This document shows, in pieces, positions 1-16,968 of a stretch of DNA of 64,000 bases; within the stretch, counting starts at the first letter, position 1, and each line of letters begins with the position of its first letter. The DNA comes from the human T2T-CHM13v2.0 reference genome, Homo sapiens. A program made the translations under genes and the position numbers. The stretch lies in NCBI RefSeq assembly GCF_009914755.1, contig NC_060927.1; one strand, written 5' to 3'. A model generated the notes under the pieces. That model was not told the DNA's origin and ran no database searches. It was given only the letters and a program-made list of their open reading frames with translations.

Positions 1-79
1 TGGGCTCACCCTCAACACCCATGAGGTGGGTACTATTATTATCACTCACATTTGACCAGAGGGATTGTTTGATTAGGGT

Positions 80-300
80 GCAGTAGTTGAGAGTTCAGAC
101 CCAGGAGACAGCCTGCCTGCTTCAAATCCTGTCCCAACCCCTGGCCCTGTGTGACCTTGGGCAAGTGACTACATCTCTCTGTGCTGTTGTTTTCTTATTA
201 ATAAAATGGGGGATATAATGATACCTACCTCTTAGGGTTGTTGTCAGGGTTGAGTACAAAAGCCTGTGGATCAGTGCCTGGCTCATGGTAAATGCATGTC
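80..300 (+). mobile_element. MIR SINE
   Basis: ttcaaatcc...tgtgtgaccttgggcaagtg...ctctctgtgc...aaaatgggg...atacctacctc core. Confidence 0.75.
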
Positions 301-1282
301 GGTGTTAGCTAGTGTTTTTATTCAGTCTCAAAATGTTTAATAAATGCCTTCCGTGAGCCAGGCACCATGGATCAGCAGTACCCATGACAGATGAGGCTCT
401 GCTTGCATGGGAGAGCCAGAGAATAAACAAATAAATAAATAAACAAGAAAAGACCAGATGAGAGTGGCTTTAAAGCCAATAAAACAGGGAAATGGTGAAT
501 GGAGCAACTGGGGAGAAAAGTCACCAAAGTCGGGGAATCAGGGAAGCCTTCCCCAAAGAGGTGGCTTTTGAACTGGGGCCTGAGTGGTGAAGCAGCCAGC
601 CATGGGAAGGGCTTGGGGAACAGGATATGCAAAGGCCCTGTGGTGGAAACAAGCCAGCTGTGGTTGAGGAACAACAGCAAGGCAGCCAGTGTGGCTGGAG
701 TGGAGTGAGCAGTGTGGGCCAGGGGTGAGGGAGAACAGGCCAGAGAGAGGGATTAGGACCAGGTCTTGTAAGGCCTTTTACAGCATGGAAGGAGCTCTGA
801 AGCAATGAAGTGCCTTGCCCTGTGTCACATACCAGCTGAGACAGTCTGCCTAACTCGGGAACCAAAGTTTGCTGCTGGGCTTGAGGCCCCTGTGAGAGGA
901 CAATGTAACCCAGGCTGGTATGGGCACATTCTGCATTTCCACTTAAACTCAGATGGCAAGCCCATCAAACCTTGGTGCCATGGCTGCCCTGTTAATTCCT
1001 GGCTGACCAGTGCAACCAGGGAGCTGGCCCATGACCCAGGTGGCCGCTAAGTAGCCAGGACTAATGTGGCCAAGAGTCAGTCTTCTAGCCTTCTTCCTGT
1101 GACTCATCCAGGTGCACCCTGTGACATCTGAAGGTCAGGCTTTCAGCTGCTGTGGCTTCCACTTCCAACTGGCTCCACGTCCCCAGGGAGAGATCACACA
1201 GCGCTTTGCCAACACATTCTATTGCGTGTTTAATGTTCCTGTGAATGCGCCCTTGAGATTTCTCTCTCTCCCGTCCACACAG

Positions 1283-1345
1283 AGCTTAGAAGCAAAATTA
1301 ACAGACTCATCAGATTCTGAGCTTCTGCGGGATATTTTGCAGAAG
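1283..1345 (+). pseudogene. FAM86JP: FAM86 exon 2 (63 nt, SLEAKLTDSSDSELLRDILQK)
   Basis: cacag|AGC...AAG|gtaaga splice sites; peptide matches EEF2KMT exon 2. Confidence 0.93.
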
Positions 1346-2241
1346 GTAAGAATCCCAGAGTCCCTGGGACTCATGACCCTGTCTCCTGAATCTCTCCGGA
1401 AGACCTGAGAGAAGAACCACAGGTGTGCTTGTACCCTTTAAAAACACCCCTGTTCAAAGAACATTGAACATTGAGTCAGCACTGCAGGTGGGTGTTGGCA
1501 CCTCTGACAGCTCCAGCTCTTTCATTTTCTATCTAAGACTTAGACAAAGACATCAGAATATACAAAAATCTGCATGAGAGGGGGAAATCTAAGGAAAGTT
1601 TTTTAAACCATCCACAGCAAAAACAGAGATGACAGGTGCAAAACAGCTTCTAGCATTTGGTAGATGCTCAGAGACTTTCTTTTTTGCATTCATGAGGCCT
1701 GTCCTGCCCACTCCTGTCTCTTCTAGACCTAAATGGGCCCTTACTTTGCCCAGGGTGGGGTTTGGACTCAAGAGCATCTGCATGCAGGTGAGAGGCAGGA
1801 TCACCACCAGGCCCAGCCACAGCCTGACCTTGGCCTTGAGGGCCAAGTGCAGATCACCCTGCATCCTGGGTCTTCACCTGTGAAGGGCCATGAGCCCTTC
1901 TGAAAAGACAAAGCAGTAGACTCCGTCCCAGAAAGAAGTGCACCAGAAGAATACATTTTCCATACAAACTCTGGAGGCAGACATTCTCCACCCCCACCCA
2001 ACCAGCCCATCCTAGGAGCCCCAGTGAAGAATTCCTGTGCTAGAGGTGAACCAAGATTATCCATGTGGAAAAGATGCAGCCACAGCAGGGAAGACTTTCG
2101 GGGCAATACAGTAGGTCAGGGCTTCGAGCATGGAGATACCTGAAGTTATCTCGCACCCTGCTCTGAGTTGCACCCTTAGCCTCACTCTTGTAGGTGGTGA
2201 AGCATGAAATGTAGGGATAGCTGCTTTCAAACCCAGCACAA

Positions 2242-2733
<492 letters not shown>

Positions 2734-3243
2734 TCAGAGCTTGCACCAGCTGTTGCCACTGCCTGGAACTTGCTCATCCTGCACTTGGCTTCTCTTGGCT
2801 TTAGCTGGAGTGTCACCCTGAGCGTCCCCTCCCCTCCATCCTGTCCCCAGGGACACACACTCCCAGAGAGCAGTTGCCGAGTGGGCCTTCCCGCCTCTTC
2901 CATAGAGCCAGACAGTTGGCGACTGTCCTTACTGCAAGCCCTGGTTCACACTGGCTCCCCTGGGAGGGAGGTGGTTTGGGCCCACGTGCCCTGTGTTCCC
3001 GCTCAGAATGGGCATTAGAAATGCTGCCACAGCCTGTGCCACTGCAGTGGAAGCATTTTTAGGAAACGGGTTATATCTTCAGACAAACTTCAGATGCATG
3101 GGGCCAGAATGCTGTGTCCATCTACATACATCTTTGCTGAGAGATGGGGTAGCCTGGAGTTTGCCCTCTGTTGTGTTGGCTTGAAGCTCATAGGAGACTT
3201 AAGACGGGCTCTCGAGCAACCAATGTTCTGTCCTTTGCTGTAG

Positions 3244-3324
3244 ACTGTGAAGCATCCTGTGTGTGTGACGCACCCGCCGTCAGTCAAGTATGCCCGGTGC
3301 TTTCTCTCAGAACTCATCAAAAAG
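3244..3324 (+). pseudogene. FAM86JP: FAM86 exon 3 (81 nt, TVKHPVCVTHPPSVKYARCFLSELIKK)
   Basis: tgtag|ACT...AAG|gtcagt. Confidence 0.93.
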
Positions 3325-3819
3325 GTCAGTTATGGGCAGTGTCTGCCCAGTAGCCAGACAGCATAGCCACCTGCGTGCTAGAGCCCCCATCCTTCCCAGG
3401 CCCTGGGCCTGCTTTGCAAACCCCAGCATGGCAGGGGCCTCCCCAGGCGACTGGCTGCAGCCACGTGTGACCCATGGGAGACAGTGCAGGGCGGGAAGAA
3501 GGGGAGGTCAGCCTCTCTCCCTCACTCTGCCTCCTGGGGTTTCCGCAGCAGCTGCTTCTCTGGGGCCCCAGCTCCCAGCATATGGATTCTCATTCCTACC
3601 AGGCTGGCCCAGCCCACAGCACTGGAACCCTCACCCACACCCTCTGTCCTGCCCGCCGAAGGGTTTGGAGTTTCCTGCTCTTGTCTGTCTCTGGGTTGCC
3701 CCATGGGCCCCTCTTGGAAGGTTTAGCTCTTGCCATACCTTTGGAACTAGTTCCTCTGGTGAATTCTCTGCATTGATCCTGCTAGAATGAGCTCTTTCCT
3801 GACTGATACAGGATGGATT

Positions 3820-4123
3820 TTATTTTTTACTTCTTTATTTTTTTGAGACAGTCTCACTGTGTTGCCCAGGCTGGATTACCGTAGCACAGTCTCGGCTCCC
3901 TGAAACCTCTGCCTCCTGGGTTCAAGCAACTGTCGTGCCTAGCCTCCTAAGAAGCTGGGACTACAGGCACATGCCACCATGCCTGGCTAATTTTTGTATT
4001 TTTAGTAGAGACAGAGTTTCACCATTTTGGCCAGGCTGGTCTCGAACTCCTGACCTCAGGTGGTCCGCCTGCCTCGGCCTCCCATTGTGCTGGGATTACA
4101 GGCATGAGCCACCGCACCTGGCC
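3820..4123 (-). mobile_element. Alu (AluS-like)
   Basis: T-rich tail followed by reverse-complement Alu. Confidence 0.93.
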
Positions 4124-4882
4124 TAGGGTGGATTTTAAAGATGGGCCCAAACATGCAGGGTTCGACATAAGGATGTCGAGAGGCCGTTCCTCAGTAGGCA
4201 GTAGCAGACCTGCTGAGTGAAAGGGCCACACTTTTAGCAAATAAACAATCCCCTGCTTCTCCAATACCTGCTTTCTCCCTAGTCCTCCCCAAAAGGGTGC
4301 ATCTGTGGTCACCAGCAGGTCTGCCCTGTGCCACCAGGAGAGGGCAGCAGTCACCCAGTATACCCTGCTGCTGCCCTGTGAATTTTAGGATGGGGCCAGC
4401 CCTGGAGAAGCAGCCTGCTGACAGCCACAGCCTGCAGCATGGGCCGCCCTCACAGTTCTGCCTGGGCTCACTTAAAAGCACCTTTTGTTTTCCTGCTCTC
4501 TGTCATGGTCATGTGGCAGCTCTCACGGAATCCTTGTCTCCTGCCCTAAACTACACCTAACTCTACCCTCTCAACACCTCTCATTGAAGGCCCTCCCATC
4601 CAGGTTTCCCTACCAAGTGAATTTTTTTTTTAGAGACAAGGTCTCTTGCCCAGGCTGTCCTCGAACTCCTGGGCTCAAGCAGTCCTCCCATGTCAGCCTC
4701 TAGAGTAGCTGGGACTATTCGGCACACACCACCACGCCCAACGAAGTGAATATTTTATATGCCAGCTGGCCGGTATTACACCATTCCATCCCAAATCTCC
4801 CCTCCAAACTTGGTGAAAATCATCTGGCCATTTTTACAGATTAGAACGAAAGCAAACAAGCTCTCACTCTGTCTGCCCCCAG

Positions 4883-4984
4883 CACGAGGCTGTCCACACG
4901 GAGCCTTTGGACGAGCTGTATGAGGTGCTGGTGGAGACCCTGATGGCCAAGGAGTCCACTCAGGGCCACTGGAGCTATTTGCTG
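4883..4984 (+). pseudogene. FAM86JP: FAM86 exon 4 (102 nt, HEAVHTEPLDELYEVLVETLMAKESTQGHWSYLL)
   Basis: cccag|CAC...CTG|gtatga. Confidence 0.93.
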
Positions 4985-5266
4985 GTATGAGAAGGGTACC
5001 CTCCTCCCCCTCACAGCCCAGATACCCTTCCTGCACAGACAAAGTGAAAACGTGGGTGTGGGTTCAAATCCTGACTCACCCATTCTGCAGTCTTAGACAT
5101 GAGGTCCATCAACCTTCTTTAGCCTCAGTTTCCCTGTCTGTAAATCAAGCACTGCAACAACAACAGCATGTCTCATGGGGTCGTTGGGCATTTGTCCAAT
5201 AGGTGACACACTCTACCTGCTTCACAAGGACCTGGTGCCCAGTCCTCAAAGAATACTTGGCAGGTT

Positions 5267-5856
<590 letters not shown>

Positions 5857-6082
5857 TCAATGAATGGAATCCTGTGTGGCCTGAGGTGAGTGTCTTTCAT
5901 GCCACGTGACACCCTTGAGGCCTGTACAAGCTGTTGGCATGTCAACAGTTAGCTGCTTCTCATTGCTGAGTGGCGATTGGTCCTGTCATGGTTTATTCAG
6001 CCATGTGGTGGATGGCTACTTGTCTTCTAAGCCACTTGCCTTCTGATTGCTGGAATGACTCTCTCGCCCTCTCTTGGTGCAG

Positions 6083-6215
6083 CCCTCAGGAGGCTCAGTC
6101 ACACTCTCCTAGAGCACAGCCATCATCTCCCAGGCATCACAGGCCTGGTCACATGGGATGCTACCCTCTACCTTGCAGAATGGGCCATCGAGAACCCGGC
6201 AGCCTTCACTCATAG
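6083..6215 (+). pseudogene. FAM86JP: FAM86 exon 5, with in-frame TAG (6110-6112) and a 1-nt deletion (~6132)
   Basis: PSGGSVTLS*STAIIS then frame-shifted GITGLVTWDATLYLAEWAIENPAAFTH; tgcag| and |gtgacc. Confidence 0.92.
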
Positions 6216-6297
6216 GTGACCTTGGGGTGCAGGGCAGGGGACCGAGGCAGGCTTACCCTGGTGCAGTCGCAGACATGGTCCCCTTTCCTCCCGCCAG

Positions 6298-6559
6298 GAC
6301 TGTCCTAGAGCTTGGCAGTGGTGCTGGCCTCACAGCCCTGGCCATCTGCAAGATGTGCCGCCCCCGGGCATACATCTTCAGCGACTGTCACAGCCGGGTC
6401 CTCAAACAGCTCCGAGGGAATGTCCTTCTCAATGGCCTCTCATTAGAGGCAGACATCACTGCCAACTTAGCCCCAGAGTGACAGTGGCCCAGCTGGACTG
6501 GGACATCGCGATGGTCCATCAGCTCTCTGCCATCCAGCCAGATGTTGTCATTGCAGCAG
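6298..6559 (+). pseudogene. FAM86JP: FAM86 exon 6 (methyltransferase motif I), with a ~4-nt deletion near 6470
   Basis: TVLELGSGAGLTALAICKMCRPRAYIFSDCH...ITANL, then a frame switch to SPRVTVAQLDWD...DVVIAA (ORFs 6158..6481 and 6355..6735). Confidence 0.92.
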
Positions 6560-7384
6560 GTAATGCCCAGCCCCGGGCACCCTGTGCAGGCGGTGTCCTT
6601 GCAGCTCTACCCAGCTCTTGGCTCTGGGAAAAGGGAACAATGGATGCTATCGGGCATGGACATGATGGAACTTCCAGAAGAGTTACTCTGGGCCTCCAGG
6701 GTGACATCAAAGGACAGGGGTGCCTCTTAAGGTGACCTTCAAGCCACAACCCTCTTGTTGGAGACAGGCATACTCCCGTTACAGTCGTCACCACATGGCT
6801 CTGTCCCAGAGCCATGCTTGTGTCTTTCAGAGACCACAGGAGGAAAACAACCACTTCTGGGATGAGGACAGGGCCCTTGAGAGAAGGTGGTGTTTGGCTG
6901 GGCCGCCAAAAACCCCTCGCCCCTGCCAGCACACTCAGTCTCCTCTCTGGTCGAACAGAGCTGTGCCTGTTGTCCTGGGTCCCAGCCCTGAAAACCACAG
7001 GTCCAGCGGTGGCCAGGGACACAGGCCCACCCCTGCAAGCCAGCAGACAAATCGGCAGACGCCTGAAACACGAAGTTCATGGCAGGGTCAGGCTTTGTGT
7101 CATTCACAGCCCTCTAGATAGGCTGAGAACCAGAGCTCGTTTTTTAAGGAACACCAGTGAGTCTGGAGATTTTTTTCTTTTGCTTCGGTCTTTTGCAGCT
7201 TTCTCTACTAAGGGTTCTCCTTTTTCACCCAAGTAATTGCCTTTCCATCTAATGGCCAAAATGGTCAAATGGCATCTAATAGTCTCATATGACCACTGCC
7301 TCTCTGGCTCGCCCTGCTGCTGAGGTCAGCATGACCTGGGACTGTCCGCTGGTCCCTTTCAGTAACCTGAAACTTTCACCGTAG

Positions 7385-7534
7385 ACGTGCTGTATTGCCC
7401 AGAAGCCATCGTGTTGCTGGTCGGGGTCCTGCTGAGGCTGGCTGCCTGCCGGGAGCACCAGCGGGCTCCTGAGGTCTATGTGGCCTTTACTGTCCGCAAC
7501 CCAGAGACGTGCCAGGTGTTCACCACCGAGCTAG
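7385..7534 (+). pseudogene. FAM86JP: FAM86 exon 7 (150 nt, DVLYCPEAIV...FTTEL)
   Basis: cgtag|AC...CTAG|gtgagc; ORF 7387..7665. Confidence 0.92.
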
Positions 7535-8394
7535 GTGAGCCCCCATGCCCACCCGGGCCTGCATGGTCCCCGAGCTGTCCCTGCGGGACTCCAGTGGAAG
7601 TGAAAGAACTGGGGGCTGGGGAAAAGCTAGGATGCCCCACACTCCCACACCATGCGGGGAACTAGGGCAGAGGCCGGTGAGCAGGGTGGGCTCGGGGCTG
7701 GGGGCTTGTGGCAGGAGGAGGGCAGCTCAGCACAGGGAGGGAGGATCTGAGCCCAGCAGCCCTACTGTGTGCTTCAGAGCAGGGTTCCCTAAGCCCTTGG
7801 GCCTCAGTTTCCTCATCTATAAAATGGAGGTGGTGGGAGGGGCAGTCGGGGTCAGGGCTGGACACAGCTGTGGCCTGCAGGACGCTGGAACACAGGCTGT
7901 ACGGGCGGATCCACCATGCCACTGTCCTGAGCACCCAGTTGATGGAAGACGAGCAGGGTGACTATAGAGAAGGGGAATTGACCCCGTAGTGGGCCAGCCA
8001 CTGTCCTCAGACCTGACATTTGTCAGCCCCCAGCACCTGTGAGAGTGTGCTATCATTGTCCCATCTCACCGACAAAGACACTAGGACACACAGAGGCTAA
8101 GCAACCCCCGAGCTCCCACAGTCTGCAGCCCGGCCACCTGGCTCTCGTGCCTCCACACTACACCCAAGCCCCCCATTGCCACCAGCCTTTGCCCCAGCTC
8201 CCCCTGAGCACAGCCCCTCCTGGCAGCCATGTGCACAGATGCACGCGCAGGAGCCTCTGCCTGCACACACAGACACGGGTCCAATGCCTGTCCACGTGGG
8301 GCAGCCCGTTAACTACAGAGCCAACAAACAAGCCAGCACACGAAGACACACTAGGTTCCATGACAGAGTCCCGCACAACCTCGCACAGGAGGCT

Positions 8395-9110
<716 letters not shown>

Positions 9111-9326
9111 CCATTTTTGTTTAAAAAATAATAATAATCACCCACACATGGTTATGAGTACCTATATTCCCAACTACTCAGGAGGCTGAGGCGGGAGGAT
9201 GGCTTAAGCCCAGGAGTTTGTGGCCCCCTTGAGCAACATAGCAAGACTTCATCTCAAAAAAAAATTATCACAATAATCATTTTCACATAAGTATACCTAT
9301 AGGGGAAAACCTGGAATATATATAGA

Positions 9327-9514
9327 GCAGGCTTGTCCAACCTGCGGCCCAACACAAATCTGTAAACTTTCTTAAAACAGTATGAGGTTTTTTTGTGATT
9401 TTTTTTTCTTTTAGCTCACCAGCTATTGCTAGCATTAGTGTATTTTATGTGTGGCCCAAGGCGATTCTTCTTCTTCCAGTGTGGTGCAGGGAGGCCAAAA
9501 GATTGGACATCCCT
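9327..9514. mobile_element. hAT-type MITE (MER30-like)
   Basis: Terminal inverted repeats caggcttgtccaa...ttggacatccctg. Confidence 0.7.
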
Positions 9515-9646
9515 GATATACACGTTAACAGGTGCCATCCTTGGATGGCAGGATTATAGAGACTTCTACACGTTCATGTCTGTACTATTTCATTTTTATA
9601 AATACGCATTTTCCACTCGTAACAAAAAACTGTGACTGAAAATCAT

Positions 9647-10570
<924 letters not shown>

Positions 10571-11311
10571 GCTTTCTAAGCTTTGTGAAGAGTGGGTTGA
10601 CGGAGCAGCCAGGTAGATGTGGGTTCAGATCTCTGCTTCTGTCCTGCTGTGCCAAGTGCTGGGGCAGATGCGGGTAGAGAGTGGACAGCGGCATGGTGCC
10701 CGCTGCTAGCCATTTCTATGCAAAACCAGATTTCTGGTCCCATCCTGGAGGCCAATTCTAGGCACCTGGGTGGGCCTGGGAACCTGTGAACCAAGTAAAC
10801 TGACTTGGACACCGCCCCCCCACCCCGCCAGGCCTGTCCTAGCAGCCCCACACAATACGCTCATGTCCTGTCCCCAAACACTGCCATCCTGAAACACATG
10901 TGCTCTGTTTCCAGGCCAGGCCAGGATCAGATGGGAAGTGGAACCTCGTCATGACCAGAAACTGTTTCCCTATGAAGAGCACTTGGAGATGGCAATGCTG
11001 AACCTCACACTGTAGGACTCACACACGACTCCAATGGGATTGTGAGAATCAAGTCACTCTCAAGGGAAGAGGTTTCATATGGGAAAGCTGATAAAACTTT
11101 CACTGGACTGGAATGTTTGGAGAATGTTAATTTCCAAATCAGGAACTACAAACTGCCCTCTAATAAGACATCGGCTATCTAAGCGTGTGGGTGCTCCCTT
11201 TCTGCCAGCAGTTCTGGTTCTTAAGGAAATCGCCATCACTCAGACATGAAAACTCTGGCTCCAAAAATAGCATTTTCTTTGTGCAAATAAAAACGTGTGT
11301 ATCAAGTATGT

Positions 11312-11467
11312 GGACACACTCGGTTCCTCACAAAGCCAAGCCCGCTGCAGCTGCCACATCCCTGGACACACTCGGTTCCTCACAAAGCCAAGACTGCTGC
11401 AGCTGCCACATCCGCGGACACACTCAGTTCTTCACAAAGCCAAGCCCGCTGCAGCTGCCACATCCCT
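11312..11467. repeat. Minisatellite, 3 x 52 bp (GGACACACTCGGTTCCTCACAAAGCCAAGCCCGCTGCAGCTGCCACATCCCT)
   Basis: Units at 11312-11363, 11364-11415 and 11416-11467, read directly. Confidence 0.95.
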
Positions 11468-11771
11468 GGGCTTACGATGCAGCAGGTGCTTTTTTCAAGA
11501 CAGGAATCAAAATGTTAGGAACACGGCAGAAAGGTGACACCTGGAGACCAAACGCAGGATAAGGAGTACTGCAGAGGTCACAGGGAAGTCACAGAACAGT
11601 AATACGCTAGCAGGGGCATGGGGCATGAAGAACAGAAGAAGAGAGGAAGTGTTTCCGAGCCTCCGGAAAAGAAATCAGAGCCAAGCACAGCTTCCCGGGT
11701 CACAGAACCAATTCATTCACCAGGCGGCACCACTGCCGTCATTTCAGCTTCTGGCCACTGGGAGGCGCTGC

Positions 11772-12011
<240 letters not shown>

Positions 12012-12352
12012 TTACCTCATTGCCTGTCCCCACCCCATCCCAGGTCACCACCTGGCTGACCCCAGGTCCCCGACCCAACAACAACCCCTCCCAAGTTCCT
12101 AACTCCCTCACTTGGACTCGAGACTCTTCACGCCCCAGCAGCGCTCCGCCTCCAACTTGACATCATGCTTTCTGGAAACTTCCCCGTATGTCCCACTTTC
12201 CCACACTTGGTGCCCTGGAGCACCTCCCGGCCTCTAACGTGCTGTATGTTCCCCTGCGAGCACCCTCCTCTTGGCCTCTGGCCAAGTCCCACCCATCTGT
12301 GGGTAACAAGGGGGTGTCGGTGTTCTTTTCAGCCTTGCTAAACTCTCTGAAT

Positions 12353-12565
12353 CAAGGATCACAAACTACAGCCTGCAGGCCAAATCCAGCCCACAGCCTG
12401 TGTTTGTAAATAAAGTTTTATTGGAACAAAGCCACACCCCTTAATCTACAGATGATCTGTGGCTACTTTCACACCACAACAGAGTACCATGGTTCTGACA
12501 GAGACTGGGGGACCCAGTCTAAATGACTTCTGACCTGGACCTTTACTGAAAATCCTGCCAATCAT
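12353..12565. mobile_element. MER58A-like hAT DNA element
   Basis: caaactacagcctgcaggccaaatccagccc...gtaaataaagttttattggaaca consensus. Confidence 0.75.
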
Positions 12566-12910
12566 TCTGTTGGCAAGAATGATGTATTACTTTTAGCAAT
12601 AAGAAACAAGTAACCTTTGCAGAATTCCACCCATCTTTCAAGGCTGGTCCCAGAAGCTCCCTTTGCCCGCCCACCTACCTGATCCTGATCACTTCCTAAA
12701 CTGCAGCCCGGCCCACCTGGCTCCAGCATCATTTGTGGAGTCTCAGCTCCATAAATCCAGAGGGCAGGTGAGGGTGTGTCCTAACTTTCCCGAGCCTACT
12801 GTACCGAAACGGGACAGCAGAGTGGGCCGGCCTCTGTGACCTCTGCTCCCTCCCTAGCTTTTCCGCCAGACCCCACATGGTCCCACCCTGGCTGTGGGAA
12901 GCAGGGATCA

Positions 12911-13192
<282 letters not shown>

Positions 13193-13782
13193 TTAGATTT
13201 GGCATCTGAAGGGTATAAAGGCCTGGGGGGGTGCACATCAAAATGGACAAACTGATTTGAGGAGGGAGCCTTAAGGAGGGTTTGTACCTTCTGTGCTGGA
13301 TGCTCTTCAAGGACTGAAGAATTATTTTTGCATGTTTTTCTTAATTCCATGGCCATGGAACAAGTAAAGACAACACCCTGGGGACTGGCTCAGCACATAA
13401 AAGATGACTTTTCTAGGGCACCAGGTTTGATCCCGACATTTCCTGAGCTCAGCTCACATGAGGGGCTCACATCCCTGAATCCCATCCAGGAGCCAGCTCC
13501 TGAGCAGGGGCCAAGGGCTCAGCTTGTGCTGGGGCTACTGCTTCTAGAATCTCCTCTAACGCCGCCCTTCCAAACAGCCATCTATGCTGGGTGGAGTGAG
13601 GCCACAGCATGACAATCGTTTAACTGATTCAAACCCACCAGGTGAGCTTGGCCAAAAGGGACATGGTGGGAGAGAAAGAAACAAAGAAAACCATGTAAGC
13701 CTGCAGGCAATTCCCGCCAATTCTACTCTAGGAGCAAAAGCCCCGAGTGGAGTTCTAGTATTTGGGATGCTTTTCTTTCATA

Positions 13783-13850
13783 CTAGGTTGGTGCAGAAGT
13801 AATTGCCACCTTTAATGGCAAAAACCGTGATTACTTTTGTACCAACCTAA
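13783..13850. mobile_element. MADE1-like mariner MITE
   Basis: TIRs taggttggtgcagaagtaat...attacttttgtaccaaccta. Confidence 0.85.
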
Positions 13851-14056
13851 ATATAACATGAGCTCTAAATGGAAGCAACTACTTCAGTGAGGCTCAGCCC
13901 AGCCACAGTAACCGCAGGGCTCCTCCTCGTGGCCTCCAGTGTGTGCTGGACTGACCGAGGGGCAGGGCCTCACTGTGGGCAGCTCGCTCTGCACTGTTTC
14001 CTCCTCAGCGGTGGATCTGTGAAGCTATCCCCAGAAAGATTCGGGTTCTGCTCCTA

Positions 14057-14194
<138 letters not shown>

Positions 14195-14399
14195 TCAGAG
14201 CGCTGGTCTCTGCCCTGGGAACACAAATCTTCCCAGCACAGTGAGGCAACATCCCCCGAGGGGAGTGAAAATCGGATAAGACCCCCGACAGCCCCAAGCA
14301 CAAGTGGCTTAAGCTGGCCAAGCAGCCACACAGCCTGGCTGGGACATCTGAAAATGTAAGTTGACACTTTTTCTACTTAACCACAATTTATTTTTGTTG

Positions 14400-14792
<393 letters not shown>

Positions 14793-15063
14793 GACACCAA
14801 TGACGTAACAACAACAAAAAAAAAAGATGCTTGGGAACTACTGAAAAAGTAGAAAGCTTGGTATCTACAGATTCAAATCTGGGCTCCCTGCCCTGCTGTG
14901 AAACCCTCTGAGCCTCAGTTTCCCCCATGTCAAGCAGTATAAGACCCTATAGCAGAGAGCTGCAGTGAAGATTAAGGAGACAAGATCGTGGGAAGCACAG
15001 GGTAAAGGCTGTGTGCCCCTCCCCCTCCACCATCCCCCAACCAAACAGACACCCAGGGTCCTA

Positions 15064-15463
<400 letters not shown>

Positions 15464-15772
15464 ATTCAGAAAAAACGTTTTAAATAAACAGTAGCCAGAG
15501 TCACCTGGTCAGGTGGAGAAAGAGCACTGCTCTGGTGGGGAGGCCACCAGCCTCTGTGAGATACTCTCCTGGAGGGGGCATTTCAGCCTGAGGGCCTGGT
15601 CACTCAATGACCCAACTGAGGATTCAGGGCGGCCCACCTCCACCACCCCTGCTGTCCCCAGGCTGCCCCACCCAGTGGCCGGGGACAGCAACATGCTGCA
15701 GGCCAGGCAAGCAGCTCACAGCTCAGTGGCCCCCGACAAGCCCGGAGCTCCTCACCGCAGCTACACATCTAC

Positions 15773-15811
15773 TTTCTAAAGCTGCCAGCAGGATGGAGAA
15801 GTCTTCATCCT
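15773..15811 (-). CDS. ALG1L: ALG1-derived exon 8 (39 nt, EDEDFSILLAALE), frame-neutral cassette
   Basis: catag|AG...GAAA|gtagat on the minus strand. Confidence 0.7.
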
Positions 15812-15996
15812 CTATGAGAAGAGAATTGAATATCAGGGGCCTGTTTCTAGACACCCCTCTTCCAGCTCACATGCCCTCCCCTTCTCATTGAGACTGTGGT
15901 GGGGTGGGGGCATGCAGGACTGGTAGGGGTGAGGAGAACACAGGTTGGCCAGGTGCCCGTCACACCAACCCCAAGTGTTCCAGGGGTCGTGCAGAC

Positions 15997-16118
15997 CTGT
16001 CCAGCCCGTGCTGCTGACCAGCAGGGCTGGCCACTCGCGGAGATGCATCACCAGCCTGCTCCCAGCATCCAGCTCCATGAAGGCCGACCGCTCCATGGCT
16101 GCGTCCTCAGGTTCTGAG
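15997..16118 (-). CDS. ALG1L: ALG1-derived exon 7 (122 nt); ATG at 16096 ([33 protein letters not shown])
   Basis: ORF 15833..16234; tcag| and |gtctgc; translation unproven. Confidence 0.75.
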
Positions 16119-16559
16119 CTGAAAGAGCAGGAAAAAAGCCTGTGAGAGGCCACAGAGCAGGCCCAGGACCCAGGACGGGCATCTCCTGCCGTGGCAAGGC
16201 CTGCAGGCTCCCAAAGGTTGGGGTGCCCGGCCACATCAGCAGCACCAGGCCACCCCTGCCATCCGAGGCCTGGGCTTGCTTTCTCTAATATTGTTGCTGG
16301 GTGCTAAGGTTACAACAGCAAACAAGACTGACTCATTCCTTTTCTCCACGGGACTTACTGTCTTGTCATCCCCTGGACTCAAGATGAGCGTGCAGGGACG
16401 CCATCCCACACCACCCCAGCTTACCCAGGGGCCCACCTTAGGGTGTGTGGACCTGCACAAAGGTCCCCTCTTTAGCCCCGTGAGACACCCCAGGGGACAC
16501 ACAGGTCCACAGATCTGCCACAGGCCTGGGAACCCACTGGCAGGAGAGTAAGACAGCGT

Positions 16560-16768
16560 AGGGGTCCACAAACATTTCTTAAAGGGCCAGAGAGTAAATA
16601 CTTCAGGCTTTGCAGGCCACAGGTTCTCTGTTGCAAAACGTGATTCTGCTATTGTAGCTCAAAGGCGGCTGTAGACAACTCAGAAGGCAATGAGTGTGTT
16701 GTGTCCCAGTGAAACTTGATTTACAAAAGCAGGAGACTGGCCTGTAGCCTTAGTTTGCCAACCCCTGG
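16560..16768. mobile_element. MER58-like DNA element
   Basis: aggggtccacaaac...aaagggccagagagtaaata...gtttgccaacccctg. Confidence 0.7.
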
Positions 16769-16857
16769 ATGAGTGGGTTCCCAGGTCTGCAGTGAGAAGG
16801 GGAGAGGCCAGGGCAGTGGCGAGCAGGAGAGAAGGCAGCTGAGGAGGGGAGGCCTAC

Positions 16858-16968
16858 CAGGCCCTGAACGGAGAGTGAGTGCCACCCAGCTTCATGAAGA
16901 GCCGGTGCAGCAGGTCCAGAGGTGTCTCTTTAAAGAAAGATGCCGGCTTGTCATAGATGGTCACAGCC
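16858..16968 (-). pseudogene. ALG1L: ALG1-derived exon 6 (111 nt, [36 protein letters not shown])
   Basis: tgcag| acceptor, |gtaggc donor; in-frame ATG at 16895 adds 20 aa (207-aa form). Confidence 0.88.
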
